From positions 832,001 to 896,000 of the forward strand of contig CAVYQE010000001.1 in assembly GCA_963770565.1 (NCBI GenBank): DNA of 64,000 nucleotides, written 5' to 3'. Numbering within the stretch: position 1 is the first letter of the stretch; each line of letters opens with the position of its first letter. The stretch comes from an uncultured Actinomycetota bacterium. Its GTDB lineage: Bacteria; Actinomycetota; Actinomycetes; JAFAQI01. Under the pieces are notes generated by a model that was not told the DNA's origin, searched no databases, and was given only the letters and a program-made list of their open reading frames with translations. This document shows, in pieces, positions 9,868 through 20,245 of the stretch. Position numbers and translations under genes: made by a program.

Positions 9868-10851
9868 TCACGAGGGACGTACGACGTGAACGACGGCTGT
9901 GCCGCCGTCGACCTGGATCTGACCACGGAGGTCCTCGGCAGCGAGGGCGGTGAGTAGCCGACCGACCGCGATCCCGACCGTGAGCGGGTCGCCCGACACG
10001 ATGACGGTGCTCCCGTCGGGGCTGACCGACAGTGTGACGTCGACAGCGCCGAGAGCGGCGACCGCTCGCGCGACCGGTGCGGGATCGGGGTTACGGCTGT
10101 AGTCGGAACCGCCCGGGGCCGGTGTGCTGTCGAGCACGACCTGGCGCATGGCCTCGCGGGTGCCGAGGCGAAACATGTCATGGGCCGCTGAGCGGACCAG
10201 CGGCCGCGCACCGAGATCAGAATCGTTGCGGCTGAAGGGGAAACCGCGGATGACGGCAACTGGCGTCGAGCTGAGCTTGCCCTTCACGAGGTCGGCGGCC
10301 GATGCCAGCTCGTCGGCGATCGCGACCAGGGTCGCCTCTAGCGGCCGGCCTGATGTGTCGGGTTGTCCGCGCAGATCCCACCTCACGTCGATGCCGGCCG
10401 CGCCGATCGCGGTGTCGACGACGCCGTCCCGCCAGGGCCGACCCATCGTGTCGCTCACGATCACCGCGACGTCGACACCGATCCCGGCACGCAGACCCGC
10501 GCGGATTCGGCCGGCCGAAGCGTCGGGATCGAGCGGGAGCAGCGCCACGGTCCCATCGGGCACGTTGCTGGCGTCGATACCGGCGGCCGCGAGCACGAAG
10601 CCGTGCCGGGTCTCGACGATCTGTGTGTCGCCGCGACGGGCAACCACTCGCGTGGTCTCAGCGACGAGATGGTCGTCGCGGCTGCCGGCAACGAGGCGGC
10701 CCTCGGCCTTCGACACGATCTTGCTCGTGACGACGACGACGTCGAGGTCCTGCAGCCCCGGGTCGGCGCGAATGATCAGGGTGGCGATGTCGTCGCCTTC
10801 GGCGATCTCCGGCAGTCCCTCGACGCCCCAGATCTCGAGCCGCGCGGTCAC
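9868..10851 (-). CDS. cofE: Coenzyme F420-0:L-glutamate ligase with a short, degenerate C-terminal extension
   Basis: VVTSKIVSKAEGR, AAAGIDASN, SDTMGRPWR, ADELASAADLVKGK; GTG 10851 overlaps the cofD stop (GTGA). Confidence 0.92.
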   Translation of the reverse strand: MTARLEIWGVEGLPEIAEGDDIATLIIRADPGLQDLDVVVVTSKIVSKAEGRLVAGSRDDHLVAETTRVVARRGDTQIVETRHGFVLAAAGIDASNVPDGTVALLPLDPDASAGRIRAGLRAGIGVDVAVIVSDTMGRPWRDGVVDTAIGAAGIDVRWDLRGQPDTSGRPLEATLVAIADELASAADLVKGKLSSTPVAVIRGFPFSRNDSDLGARPLVRSAAHDMFRLGTREAMRQVVLDSTPAPGGSDYSRNPDPAPVARAVAALGAVDVTLSVSPDGSTVIVSGDPLTVGIAVGRLLTALAAEDLRGQIQVDGGTAVVHVVRPS

Positions 10852-11831
10852 GACCCGGCCTCGGCGGCAAGGTCGAGGGCAGCCGACGCAATCGCGGCGG
10901 CGGCGTCGAGGTCCGTCATCAGCAGCGGTAGCGCCCGAGCGCGCAGCCCGAGGCTGTGCAGGGCCGGCACGGCCTCGGCATCGACGGTGTCGACCAGCCA
11001 GCCATCGATGAGACCTCCGGCCCCACGCCGGCCGTAGTGGCTCCCGACGGCAAGCGCCGACGTCTCGACGCCGATTGCGGCAAGGCACGCGTCCGCCATG
11101 CCCCGGACCGGAGCACCGCCGAGGATCGGTGACACCCCGACCACAGGTGCGGCGGTCGCCTCGAGTGCTGCCGCGATGCCCGGCACGTCGAGGATCACCC
11201 CGACCGACACGACCGGGTTGCTCGGCGGCAGCACGACGACGTCGGCATCACGGATGGCCTCGACGACGCCGGGCGCAGGTTTCGCGGACTCCCTACCGAC
11301 GAGGTCGAAGCCGGTCGCCGCGATCGCGGCATGTAGCCGCACCCACCACTCCTGGAAGTGCACCCGCCGACCGTCGACGAGGCCGACGTAGGTCTCGATC
11401 GGGCTGTCGGTCGCGGGCAGCAACCGCACTCCGGGCTGCCAGCGCTCGCAAAGCCGCCGGGTGACCTCGGACAACGGCACTCCGCCGGCAAGCCAGGTCG
11501 TACGGAGCAGATGGGTGGCCAGATCGAGGTCCCCGAGCCCGAACCACGACCGTACGGCGTCTGAGCCGGACGACTCGTCGAGCCTTGCGGCGTACTCGAC
11601 GAGTTCGTCGCGGATCCTGAACGTCTCACCCTCGCGACCCCAGCCGCGCTCGGCGGAGATCCCGCTGCCGAGGGTGTACATGACGGTGTCGAGGTCCGGA
11701 CAGATCCGCAGTCCGAGCATGGTGATGTCGTCGCCGGTGTTGGCGATCACCGTGATTTCGTGACCGAGCTCGCGCAGGCCGAGCAGGAATCGGGCCCCGC
11801 CGACTCCGCCCGAGAGCACCGTGACACGCAC
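10848..11831 (-). CDS. cofD: 2-phospho-L-lactate/PEP transferase (CofD/FbiA)
   Basis: GGVGGARFL, NTGDD, CPDLDTVMYTL, HFQEWWVR, PSNPVVS. Confidence 0.95.
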   Translation of the reverse strand: MRVTVLSGGVGGARFLLGLRELGHEITVIANTGDDITMLGLRICPDLDTVMYTLGSGISAERGWGREGETFRIRDELVEYAARLDESSGSDAVRSWFGLGDLDLATHLLRTTWLAGGVPLSEVTRRLCERWQPGVRLLPATDSPIETYVGLVDGRRVHFQEWWVRLHAAIAATGFDLVGRESAKPAPGVVEAIRDADVVVLPPSNPVVSVGVILDVPGIAAALEATAAPVVGVSPILGGAPVRGMADACLAAIGVETSALAVGSHYGRRGAGGLIDGWLVDTVDAEAVPALHSLGLRARALPLLMTDLDAAAAIASAALDLAAEAGS

Positions 11832-11960
11832 GCGGTGCAGTCTCGCTTACCGCTCGAAGTCGGTTGCATGCAGACGTCGTGTCACGGGCCGTGCCAAGGA
11901 CTTCGCGTGGCAGGCTGAGGTCGACCAGATCGCGTCGGCAGGTCGTGCAAGGAGTTCATC

Positions 11961-12935
11961 GTGGACACAGATCCCTACTCGGTGACGGCGGGCGAGCAAG
12001 CCGCCTTGTCGCGTCGGCTCGACGTGCTGGTGGGGTCGGGGGAGCGCGACCGGGTCGTGGATCTGACCGACCGGGTCGACGCGGCACCGGATCACGCGAT
12101 CGAGGCGCGGCTCGCCGCGATCGAGGCCAGCCTCGAGCGGTTGGCCGGTCTCGAAGCGACCATCTCGCGGCTGCAGGATGCCGTGATCGACGGCTTTGCC
12201 GACATCAGCAGCCGGGTGGCCGAGGAGGTCGGCGGCGCACTGTCGCGAATGGAGCAGGCCAACACCGCGGTCCGGGCCAGCTTCACCGCCGACCTTGCTG
12301 CGGTGCGTTCCGACCTGGCCGACGCGCTCGAGGAGGTCGAGCAGCACGGTGCGACGGCGCATTCGGTTCTCGAGTCGGTGCAGAACGAGGTGAAGGCGGG
12401 CCTCAACGACATGAGCCGCGCGCTGTCCGGACAACTCGGTGCGATTCGCGGAGTCACCGGCACCCTCGGCGGCAGCACGGACCGGCTCGTCGGTGCCGGC
12501 CAGGCCCTGCTCGCCTACCTCGGCGAACGCGATCAGTGGTTGGAACGTGAGCGCGACCGGGTGCTGCACGACGTGCTCGAGGAGTTCGCCAATGGCTTGT
12601 CGGGCCGCGGCCGGCGATCGCTGACCGGCCGGATGCGCGAGGTCGTGGACCGGCGTCGCGATGCGCGTGATGCCGAGCGGTTCCGGCGTACTCAGGACGG
12701 GGCGACGGTCATCGAGATCCCGTCTGTTCCGCCGGAGCTCGCCGTGCTGTCCGAGCCGATCCAGCCGTCGGAGCCATTCAGCGGGCCGGACTCGACTGAC
12801 TCGAGCTTCCGGGTCGTCGCGGCCAAGCCGCGGGCCACCTCGTCGGCCAAGAAGCCGACGAAGCCGGCGAAGCCCAAGCCGAAGCAGGCGACCTCGGCAG
12901 CGGCCGGGCGATCCGGCGGCCGGCCCGCCGGCTAG
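11961..12935 (+). CDS. Hypothetical coiled-coil protein with a Lys/Pro/Ala-rich basic tail
   Basis: Long helical heptad-like A/E/L/R-rich region; C-terminal AKKPTKPAKPKPK; SD AAGGAG before GTG. Confidence 0.7.
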   Translation: MDTDPYSVTAGEQAALSRRLDVLVGSGERDRVVDLTDRVDAAPDHAIEARLAAIEASLERLAGLEATISRLQDAVIDGFADISSRVAEEVGGALSRMEQANTAVRASFTADLAAVRSDLADALEEVEQHGATAHSVLESVQNEVKAGLNDMSRALSGQLGAIRGVTGTLGGSTDRLVGAGQALLAYLGERDQWLERERDRVLHDVLEEFANGLSGRGRRSLTGRMREVVDRRRDARDAERFRRTQDGATVIEIPSVPPELAVLSEPIQPSEPFSGPDSTDSSFRVVAAKPRATSSAKKPTKPAKPKPKQATSAAAGRSGGRPAG

Positions 12936-13052
12936 TCCGCCCGAGGCGAGCACCGACTGTCCGGCGTACGACTGACGACGGTCGAGTGTGATCGAAACTT
13001 CGTATTAAGACACGCACGTGATTCCCAGGTATTTGATCTTGAGAGGGCTAGC

Positions 13053-15034
13053 GTGCGGTCATACGAGCTAACGGAAGCTCAAAACACGCGTCGGAGACAA
13101 CTCCGCGCTACGGGCGCCGTACGGTACTTCGCGGGGCAGCCGTGCTCGGTGCGGCAAGTGCCGCGCCGATGCTGTGGAACCCGCTTCCGGCGATGGCGGC
13201 AGTGCCGGCGATCGGACCGGAGTGGCTCGCCTACGGTCCCGATCCGACCTCGCAAATGTTCGTGTCGTGGTCGATGGGGTCGGCCACCGGAGCGGTCCAG
13301 AAGGTCCTCACCCCGAAGGTTCGCTGGGGCCTGACGAGCAGTCCGTACAGCAATGTCGCACCCGCGGACAGTGCGCAGACCGTGGTCATCCCCACCCCGC
13401 CGCTGTCGGAGCCGGCCGAGAACACGGTCTACTACCACAAGCTCTTGAGCGGCCTCACGCCCGCAACGACGTACCACTACTCGGTCAGCAACGACGGCAT
13501 CGCGTGGAGTCCGGACGCGACCCTCGCGACCGCGCCGAGCGTTCCGGCGAACTTCCGGTTCACCGCCTTCGGCGACGAGGCCGCGAACGCCGCGACCGCG
13601 GGACCGATGGTTTCGCTCGTGGCGGCGCTGCGACCCGCGCTGCATCTCGTGGCCGGCGACCTGGCGTACGCGACTCCCGAGGGGCTGAAGTATCCGGACG
13701 TCACCGGCTTCTACCCGCCGCAGTGGGACAAGTACTTGTCAATGGTGGGTCCGGTCACACAGTCGCTGCCCTGGATGTCATCGGTCGGTGCACACGAGGT
13801 GGAGCCGCTCGGGCTCGACGGCTACGCCGGGTATGTCGCGAGATTCGCTCAGCCCTACGACCAGAGCTCCGGCTCCCCAGTCGTGTTCACCTTCCGCTAC
13901 GGCAACGTGGCGTTCATCCATCTCGACGGCAACGAGCTGTCCGCGCAGGTGACGATCAACACCGGATACAGCGCCGGCGCACAGACGGCCTGGCTCGGCA
14001 CACAACTGGCGAAGTGCCGCACCGCCGGAAGCGGGATCGACTTCATCGTCGTCGTGTGCAACTGCTGCTGCTACTCGACGAACGTCGAACACGGCTCGGA
14101 CGGCGGGCTGCGCGACGTCTGGTCGCCGCTGTTCGACCAGTACCAGGTGGACCTCGTGATCAGCGGCCACGTGCACGCGTACGAGCGCACGAACCCGATC
14201 ATCGGTGGCCACGTGACGCGACACGTCGCGCCGGGCGGCACAATCAGTCCGGTCACCGACGGAACCACGTACGTCTGCGTCGGCGGAGGTGGCAACGGGC
14301 TCTATGCATCCTGGTACGGCGCCACCGACTCAGGCGATGCCGGCAGCACCACCGCGCCGAAGGTGTGGCGCTGGACCGGCGGTGACACCGCCCTCGGTGG
14401 CACCGGAAAAGCGGTGCAAGTGGTCGATGGTGCGGTCGGCTTTTCGGCGGTCAGGCGCGCGGCGTACCACTGTCTCGTGGTCGACGTGACGGCACCGGCG
14501 GCGGGCACCGGTCAGACCACGCTGAGCGTGTCGACCGTGATGCCGGCGCAGACGGCCTCGGCGGTCACGAGCATCTCGTCCCGGTCGGTCATCGACAGCT
14601 TCACCCTGGTCCGGACCTCGCCGCAGGCCACGCCGTCGCCCAGCCCGACCTCCAGCCCGACGCCGACGCAGACGCCATCGCAGACCCCCTCGCCCACTGA
14701 TTCGCCGACCCCGACCGACAGTCCGACCCTCACCAACAGTCCGTCGCCGACCGATAGCCCCAGCCCGTCCGACAGTCCGTCGCCGACCGATAGGCCCAGC
14801 CCGTCCGACAGTCCGTCGCCGACCGACAGTCCGTCGCCGACCGGCAGTCCGTCGCCGACCGGCAGTCCGTCGCCGACCGACAGCCCGACCGACCCGCCAT
14901 CGCCGACGCCGAGCCCCTCGCCGATCGACAGCCCCACCCCCACCGACAGCCCCAGCCCGACCGGCAGTCCGACCCCGACGGACCCTCCGACCGATTCGCC
15001 CTCGCCGTCCCCGACCGGGTGTCCCGCGTCGTGA
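13053..15034 (+). CDS. Secreted (Tat) purple-acid-phosphatase-like metallophosphoesterase with FN3-like N-domain and Pro/Ser/Thr tail; 5' end appears frameshifted
   Basis: FGD, AGDLAYA, GAHE and SGHVHAYER metal-binding motifs; [14 protein letters not shown] Tat motif in frame upstream of 13142; the SD-linked GTG 13053 is in a different frame. Confidence 0.8.
14628..15020 (+). repeat. Coding tandem repeat, ~18-bp unit ([12 protein letters not shown])
   Basis: Repeated CCGACCG(A/G)CAGTCCGTCG units encoding the Pro/Ser/Thr-rich tail. Confidence 0.9.
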
Positions 15035-15083
15035 ACGACGGCCGCGAATCCCCGGGCAGAGCGGTGCATTACCACCCACCCAC

Positions 15084-15163
15084 TTGACTTTTCGGCTATG
15101 ACGCGCGTGTAATTCCACACGTGTTATTCGCCGTGAGCCGAACCATCGTGCTGACCAGGACAC
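15084..15163 (+). promoter_or_regulatory. Putative whiB promoter with palindromic ACACGTGT box and a GACAC (WhiA-type) motif
   Basis: TTGACT at 15084, TGTAAT at 15108, CACACGTGTTATT at about 15116-15128, GACAC at 15159. Confidence 0.5.
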
Positions 15164-15209
15164 TCCGCGCGTCATCTGTCGGGTGCGCGCACCGTGAAGC
15201 GGAGGCGCT

Positions 15210-15473
15210 ATGACCGAGCCGCTGATCCTGCTGGATCCCGACGACGAGCCGCAGACGCTGCCGTGGCAAGAGGAGGCGTTGTGCGCTCAGACCGACCCGG
15301 AAGCCTTCTTCCCCGAGAAGGGCGGGTCGACCCGGGAGGCCAAGCGCGTGTGCGGCCGATGCGACGTTCGCGGCGAGTGCCTGTCCTACGCGCTCGCCCA
15401 CGACGAGCGGTTCGGCATCTGGGGCGGGTTGTCGGAGCGCGAACGCCGTAGGTTGAAGCGCCGCGTCGTCTAG
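15210..15473 (+). CDS. whiB: WhiB (WhiB2/WhmD orthologue) Fe-S transcription factor
   Basis: WQEEALCAQTDPEAFFPEKGGSTREAKRVC..C....ECL and GIWGGLSERERR. Confidence 0.97.
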   Translation: MTEPLILLDPDDEPQTLPWQEEALCAQTDPEAFFPEKGGSTREAKRVCGRCDVRGECLSYALAHDERFGIWGGLSERERRRLKRRVV

Positions 15474-15629
15474 TCCAGATGAACGCTGGCCGCCAGCCTC
15501 CATCTGGCCATCGACGACAGTCTTCTCGTGTTGCTCTGAGTGATCGCCGTTCATCGGACGGTCGGGGCCGGTGACATAGGCTGAGCCGCTGCCCGGCGGA
15601 TCGGGCCCGCCTGTGATGACACCTTCCTG

Positions 15630-18600
15630 ATGACTCAGACGCCGACCCACCCTCGCCACGAGGGCCACCGGGTGACCGCCGTCCTGGTCTGTCACGACGG
15701 CGCCGAGTGGTTGCCCGAGGTGCTCGACGCGATCGCCGCCCAAACCAGGTCGCCGGACCGGATCGTCGCGATCGACACCGCAAGCACCGACGAGACGCTC
15801 GCGATTCTCGGCGAGGAGTTCGGCGCGGATGCCGTGGTGTCGATGCCCCGCGAGACTCCGTACGGCGACGCCGTGCAGGCAGGGTTGGAATCGCTCGGCA
15901 TCGCGAATCTGCCCGACGACGAATCCGGGCCGGTCGAGTGGATCTGGCTGCTGCACGACGACTGCGCGCCGGACCCGCGCGCGCTCGACCAGTTGCTGGT
16001 GCGGGTGACGCAGGCACCATCGGTCTGGATGGTTGGCCCGAAGGTGCGGGGCTGGGGCGGGCCGCGGTTGCTCGAGGCCGGTCGCACGATCGATGCGACC
16101 GGTCACATCGACACCGGGGTCGAGGGGGTCGAGCTCGACCAGGGTCAGCGCGACGAGGTCGATGAGGTGCTTGCGGTCAGCACCGCCGCCGCGATGGTCC
16201 GGCGGGACGTCTGGATCCGCCTCGGCGGACTCGACCCGGCCTGGTCGGCGTACGGCGATGACGTCGATCTCGGCTGGCGGATCAATGCGGCCGGCGGTCG
16301 GGTGGTGGTCGCCGCGCACGCGGTCGTGCGACATGTACGGGCGCAGACCATCGGGCGGCGCGAGTGCTCGACGCAGAGCGGATCGCCGCAGGTCGTCCGG
16401 CGCCGTTCGGGGATGCAGGTGGTCCTCACCAACACCGCGCCCTGGCTCGTGCCGCTGCTGCTCGCCCGCTATCTCGTGGGCGGTGCGTTGCGCGCCCTCG
16501 GGCTGCTGGTGATCTCACGACGCCCGACCAGGGCGGCCGCGGAGCTGGTCGCGGTCGGTGAGGTCTATCTCCAGCCCGGCTTGCTGCTGACCGGACGGCG
16601 CGACCGGGCCGGCGCCCGGCAGCTCACCCACCATCAGCTGCGCCACCTGTTCCCCCAAGGCCTGGCCCGCTGGCGCTCGTCACCGTTTCGGATCGCGCGA
16701 CCGAGCGCCACCCGTCCGACCACGTCCCGGCGGACCGGGGTGGTGGAGACCGGACCGGTCGCCGAGGAGTCGGAGTCCCTCAACATCGACGAGGGCGTGC
16801 TTGCACGGTTCCTGCGCCGTCCGGCAACGCTGCTGTTCGTGGCGATGTCGCTGCTTGCGTTCGCAGCAGATCGACACCTGCTCAGCACGGCGCTGCACGG
16901 CGGACGGCTCTTGCCGGCGCCGAACGGCGCGAGCGACCTGTGGTCGAGCTATGTGTCGTCGTGGCACCCGTCGCAGCTCGGCTCGGTCACTCCCGCACCT
17001 CCGTCGATCGCCGTCCTCGCGATGCTGTCGACCCTTGCGCTCGGGAAGGTGTGGCTCGCGGTCGACGTGATCCTGCTCGGGGTTGTGCCGCTGTCGGCCT
17101 TGAGCGCTTTCGTTGCGGCGCGTGGGCTGACCGGTGCGGTGCGGGCCCGGATCTGGGTGGCGATCGTCTACTCGTTGCTGCCCGCGGTGACCGGCGCCGT
17201 CGCCGGCGGCCGACTCGACGTCGCGGTCACCGCAATCCTGCTGCCGTTGGTGATGCGGCTGAGCGCGAGTGCGATCCGGATGGACAAGGGCGGCTGGCGT
17301 CGCGGCGTCGCGGCCGGGCTGCTCCTGTCGGTCGTGGTGGCGTTCGCGCCGCTGCTCTGGCCGATCGCGTTGCCGGCGCTCGTGATCGCGGTCGGATTCA
17401 TGGCGTGGGAGTCGGGCCAGCGCGGGGCGGTATTGAAGCGCCTGATTGCGGTCGCGGTGATCGTCGTCGTACCGCTGGCGGTGTCGGTCCCGTGGACGGC
17501 GCACATCTTCACCCATCCCGGCCTGTTGCTGTCGGCGACCGGGTTGCCGGAGTTCTATACCGCGCATCAGCCGCCGTCCGGGGTAGCGCTCGCGTTGCTC
17601 CACGCCGGCGGGCCGGCGCAGCCGCCGGTGTGGATCGGCATTCCAATCCTCATCGCGGCGATTCTCGGGCTGACCCGTCGCAGCCGACTCGTCGCGGCTC
17701 GTACCGGCGGCGTCCTGCTCGTGGGCGGGGTCGCGCTCGCGGTGGGGCTGACGAGGGCCACGGCCGTCAGCCCGGGGCTACCCGCGAGCCGGCATTGGCC
17801 CGGGTTGGCCCTACTGGTTGCGGGCGCCGGGGCACTGCTGGCGATCCTCGTCGCGGTCACCGGCGCACGGCCGCGGCTGCGGCTGCAGAGCTTCGGTTGG
17901 CGACAACCCGCGGCGGCGGCCCTGGTGGGCCTGGCGGTGGTCGCGACCGGCGACCTGGCGATCGGCTGGGTGGTGCGCGGTGCCGACGGCCCGCTGTCCG
18001 GGTCGGACTCGCGGGTGCTGCCGCTGTTCATCCAGTCCGAGCTGGCGCTCAAGCCGAACTCACCTCGCGCGCTGGTCCTGTCCTCGACCGGCCCGCTGAT
18101 CTCCTACGCGATCGTCCGCCGGCCCGGGGGCCCGCAGCTCGGTGACGCCGAGACCGCGCCACTGAGCGGATCGAACGCGGCGGACGCAGATCTCGACACC
18201 GCGGTCCGCGACCTGGTCGCCGGCCGGCCCGGTGCGGGCGCCGAGTTGACCCCGTTCGACATCGCGTACGTCGTGGTGCCGTCGGGCAGCACCGCCCGGG
18301 TGGCATCGGCGCTCGGCCGCGCCGCGACGCTGGTCGTCGTGCCTGCGCCGGGCGCGACGGTATGGCGCTCGACCCTGCCGACCAGCGAGCTCACCGTGCT
18401 CCGTGGAGCCTCGGCCAGCGCCGCGCTGGCCGGTCAGGTGCCCACCGACCCGCACGCCATCGCCCTTCCGGCCAAGGCCGGTTCGGCCGACGTGGCGTAC
18501 TCGACATCGGTCGGCGGCAGCATCGCGGTGCTCGCGGAGCCGGCCGACAGCGGCTGGCGAGCGACGTTCGACGGCAAGCCGCTCGCGCGCCGGACGGCGT

Positions 18601-18773
18601 ACGGGTGGGCCCAGGCGTTCGTCCTGCCGCCGACCAGCGGCCGGCTTCGGATCAGCTTCGACGACGGTACGCGTAAGAGCTGGTTGTGGGTCGAGCTGGT
18701 CGCGGTCGTGGTGGCTGCGGTCGTCGCGATCCCGGCCCGGCGGGCCGACGATGATCCGGACGCGCTGTCATGA
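15630..18773 (+). CDS. Large GT2-family glycosyltransferase fused to a multi-TM region and an extracellular domain
   Basis: VTAVLVCHDG, WIWLLHDD (DxD-like), DDVDLGWR; many hydrophobic segments; usual gene downstream of whiB. Confidence 0.88.
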   Translation: MTQTPTHPRHEGHRVTAVLVCHDGAEWLPEVLDAIAAQTRSPDRIVAIDTASTDETLAILGEEFGADAVVSMPRETPYGDAVQAGLESLGIANLPDDESGPVEWIWLLHDDCAPDPRALDQLLVRVTQAPSVWMVGPKVRGWGGPRLLEAGRTIDATGHIDTGVEGVELDQGQRDEVDEVLAVSTAAAMVRRDVWIRLGGLDPAWSAYGDDVDLGWRINAAGGRVVVAAHAVVRHVRAQTIGRRECSTQSGSPQVVRRRSGMQVVLTNTAPWLVPLLLARYLVGGALRALGLLVISRRPTRAAAELVAVGEVYLQPGLLLTGRRDRAGARQLTHHQLRHLFPQGLARWRSSPFRIARPSATRPTTSRRTGVVETGPVAEESESLNIDEGVLARFLRRPATLLFVAMSLLAFAADRHLLSTALHGGRLLPAPNGASDLWSSYVSSWHPSQLGSVTPAPPSIAVLAMLSTLALGKVWLAVDVILLGVVPLSALSAFVAARGLTGAVRARIWVAIVYSLLPAVTGAVAGGRLDVAVTAILLPLVMRLSASAIRMDKGGWRRGVAAGLLLSVVVAFAPLLWPIALPALVIAVGFMAWESGQRGAVLKRLIAVAVIVVVPLAVSVPWTAHIFTHPGLLLSATGLPEFYTAHQPPSGVALALLHAGGPAQPPVWIGIPILIAAILGLTRRSRLVAARTGGVLLVGGVALAVGLTRATAVSPGLPASRHWPGLALLVAGAGALLAILVAVTGARPRLRLQSFGWRQPAAAALVGLAVVATGDLAIGWVVRGADGPLSGSDSRVLPLFIQSELALKPNSPRALVLSSTGPLISYAIVRRPGGPQLGDAETAPLSGSNAADADLDTAVRDLVAGRPGAGAELTPFDIAYVVVPSGSTARVASALGRAATLVVVPAPGATVWRSTLPTSELTVLRGASASAALAGQVPTDPHAIALPAKAGSADVAYSTSVGGSIAVLAEPADSGWRATFDGKPLARRTAYGWAQAFVLPPTSGRLRISFDDGTRKSWLWVELVAVVVAAVVAIPARRADDDPDALS

Positions 18774-20239
18774 CCCGCCCGCCGATCGTCGCCAGCATTC
18801 TCGCCGCCCTGCTCGTCGGCGCGGGGGTAGTCGGGAGCGTCACCGGGACGACCGCATCATCGGTCCCCCCGGTGCACCCGGCGACCGCGCCGATCACCTC
18901 CGCGACCCTGGTGTGCCCGGCGATCGACGGGACCAGCCCGACGACGACCACCGCAGTCGCCGCCGACCTGGCCAGCGCCCTCACGCCGCCGTCGACGAGC
19001 ACCGGCGCCGTGACCGCGACTGTGCTCGCGGCGGCCAAGAGCAAGACCTCGGCGCTCCCGCTCGCACCCACCGGTTGGATCAAGAGCCGGCCGAAGGCCA
19101 ACAAGACCGTCGCCCTCGCCGCGACCGGTTCGGTTGCCGCGTCGTTGGTTGCCGACCAGGTCGGTCTGACCAGCGCCGGCCGCTTCCGCGGCCTGACTGG
19201 GGCCGGCTGTGTCGCACCGGCCACGGACTGGTGGTTCGCCGGTGCCGACGGCCGGGTCGGTTACACCGACGCGCTCATCCTTTCCGACCCCGCACCGACC
19301 GCGGCTGAGATCTCGATCTCGTTGTGGGGCACGAAGGGGCCGTTGTCGACGCCGACCGTCGACGCGCTGCGGATCCGGCCGCGCTCGGTGCTGCGGATCT
19401 CGATCGCCTCCATCGCCCCCGACGCGCCGACGGTGGCGGTGCACGTGCACGCCTCGAGCGGCGCCGTCACCGCCGCGCTGGTGCACCGGCACAGCTCCGG
19501 CCTGCACTCGGACGGCGCCGACTTCATGCCAGCCACCGCGGCGCCGGCCCGCGCTGCGCTGGTGGCCGGGTATGCGGCGGGCAAGGGCCCGCAGGAGCTG
19601 GTCCTGGCCAATCCGGGCAGCCTCGACGCGACGGTCAACCTCCGCCTGGTGACCGGATCGGGCTCGTTCGCTCCGGCCGGTATCGACCAGATCATCCTGC
19701 GCGCCGGTCACACTCGCGCGATCAGCCTCGCCCGCGCGTTGGCCGGCACCACCGGTGCGGTCGAGCTGACCAGCGATCAGCCGGTCCTGGCGCAGGGGCT
19801 GTCGGAGGCGATCTCGCCGCCGAATCGGCCGGACTTCATGTGGCTGGCGGCCACGGCCGCCCTGGCGGGACCGGCCGCGATCGCCAACGGCCGGGAGCCC
19901 GACGGCGGCCGATGCCTGCTGCTGCTGTCGGCGCCCAAGGCCGCCGCTTCGGTCCGGATCACCACGCCATCGGGCCAGACCCGAACGATCTCGGTCCCGG
20001 CCGGGCGCAGCGTGTCGGTCGACATCACGGCGACCGTCCATCCGCCGACCGGTCAGCCGGGGCAGCTGACCTGGCCGTTCGTGGTCACGCCGCAAGGGTC
20101 CGCACCGGTGTACGGCGTACGGGTGTTGGAGTTCACCGGCGCGCACGGCGCGCTGATCACCGCCGAGCCGCTCGTGTCACTGCCGACCGCAATCGTGTTG
20201 CCTGCGGTCCGGCCGGATCCGCGGATCGCCACCCGCTAG
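18770..20239 (+). CDS. DUF5719-like secreted protein
   Basis: N-terminal TM/signal, LVCP, GCVAPATDWWFAGA and LVLANPG motifs; ATGA overlap with the GT2 gene. Confidence 0.75.
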   Translation: MTRPPIVASILAALLVGAGVVGSVTGTTASSVPPVHPATAPITSATLVCPAIDGTSPTTTTAVAADLASALTPPSTSTGAVTATVLAAAKSKTSALPLAPTGWIKSRPKANKTVALAATGSVAASLVADQVGLTSAGRFRGLTGAGCVAPATDWWFAGADGRVGYTDALILSDPAPTAAEISISLWGTKGPLSTPTVDALRIRPRSVLRISIASIAPDAPTVAVHVHASSGAVTAALVHRHSSGLHSDGADFMPATAAPARAALVAGYAAGKGPQELVLANPGSLDATVNLRLVTGSGSFAPAGIDQIILRAGHTRAISLARALAGTTGAVELTSDQPVLAQGLSEAISPPNRPDFMWLAATAALAGPAAIANGREPDGGRCLLLLSAPKAAASVRITTPSGQTRTISVPAGRSVSVDITATVHPPTGQPGQLTWPFVVTPQGSAPVYGVRVLEFTGAHGALITAEPLVSLPTAIVLPAVRPDPRIATR

Positions 20240-20245
20240 CTCGAG

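Noticed and set aside
14512-15120. Antisense Gly/Val/Asp repeat ORF
   Set aside because: Reverse-strand reading of the Pro/Ser/Thr repeat tail
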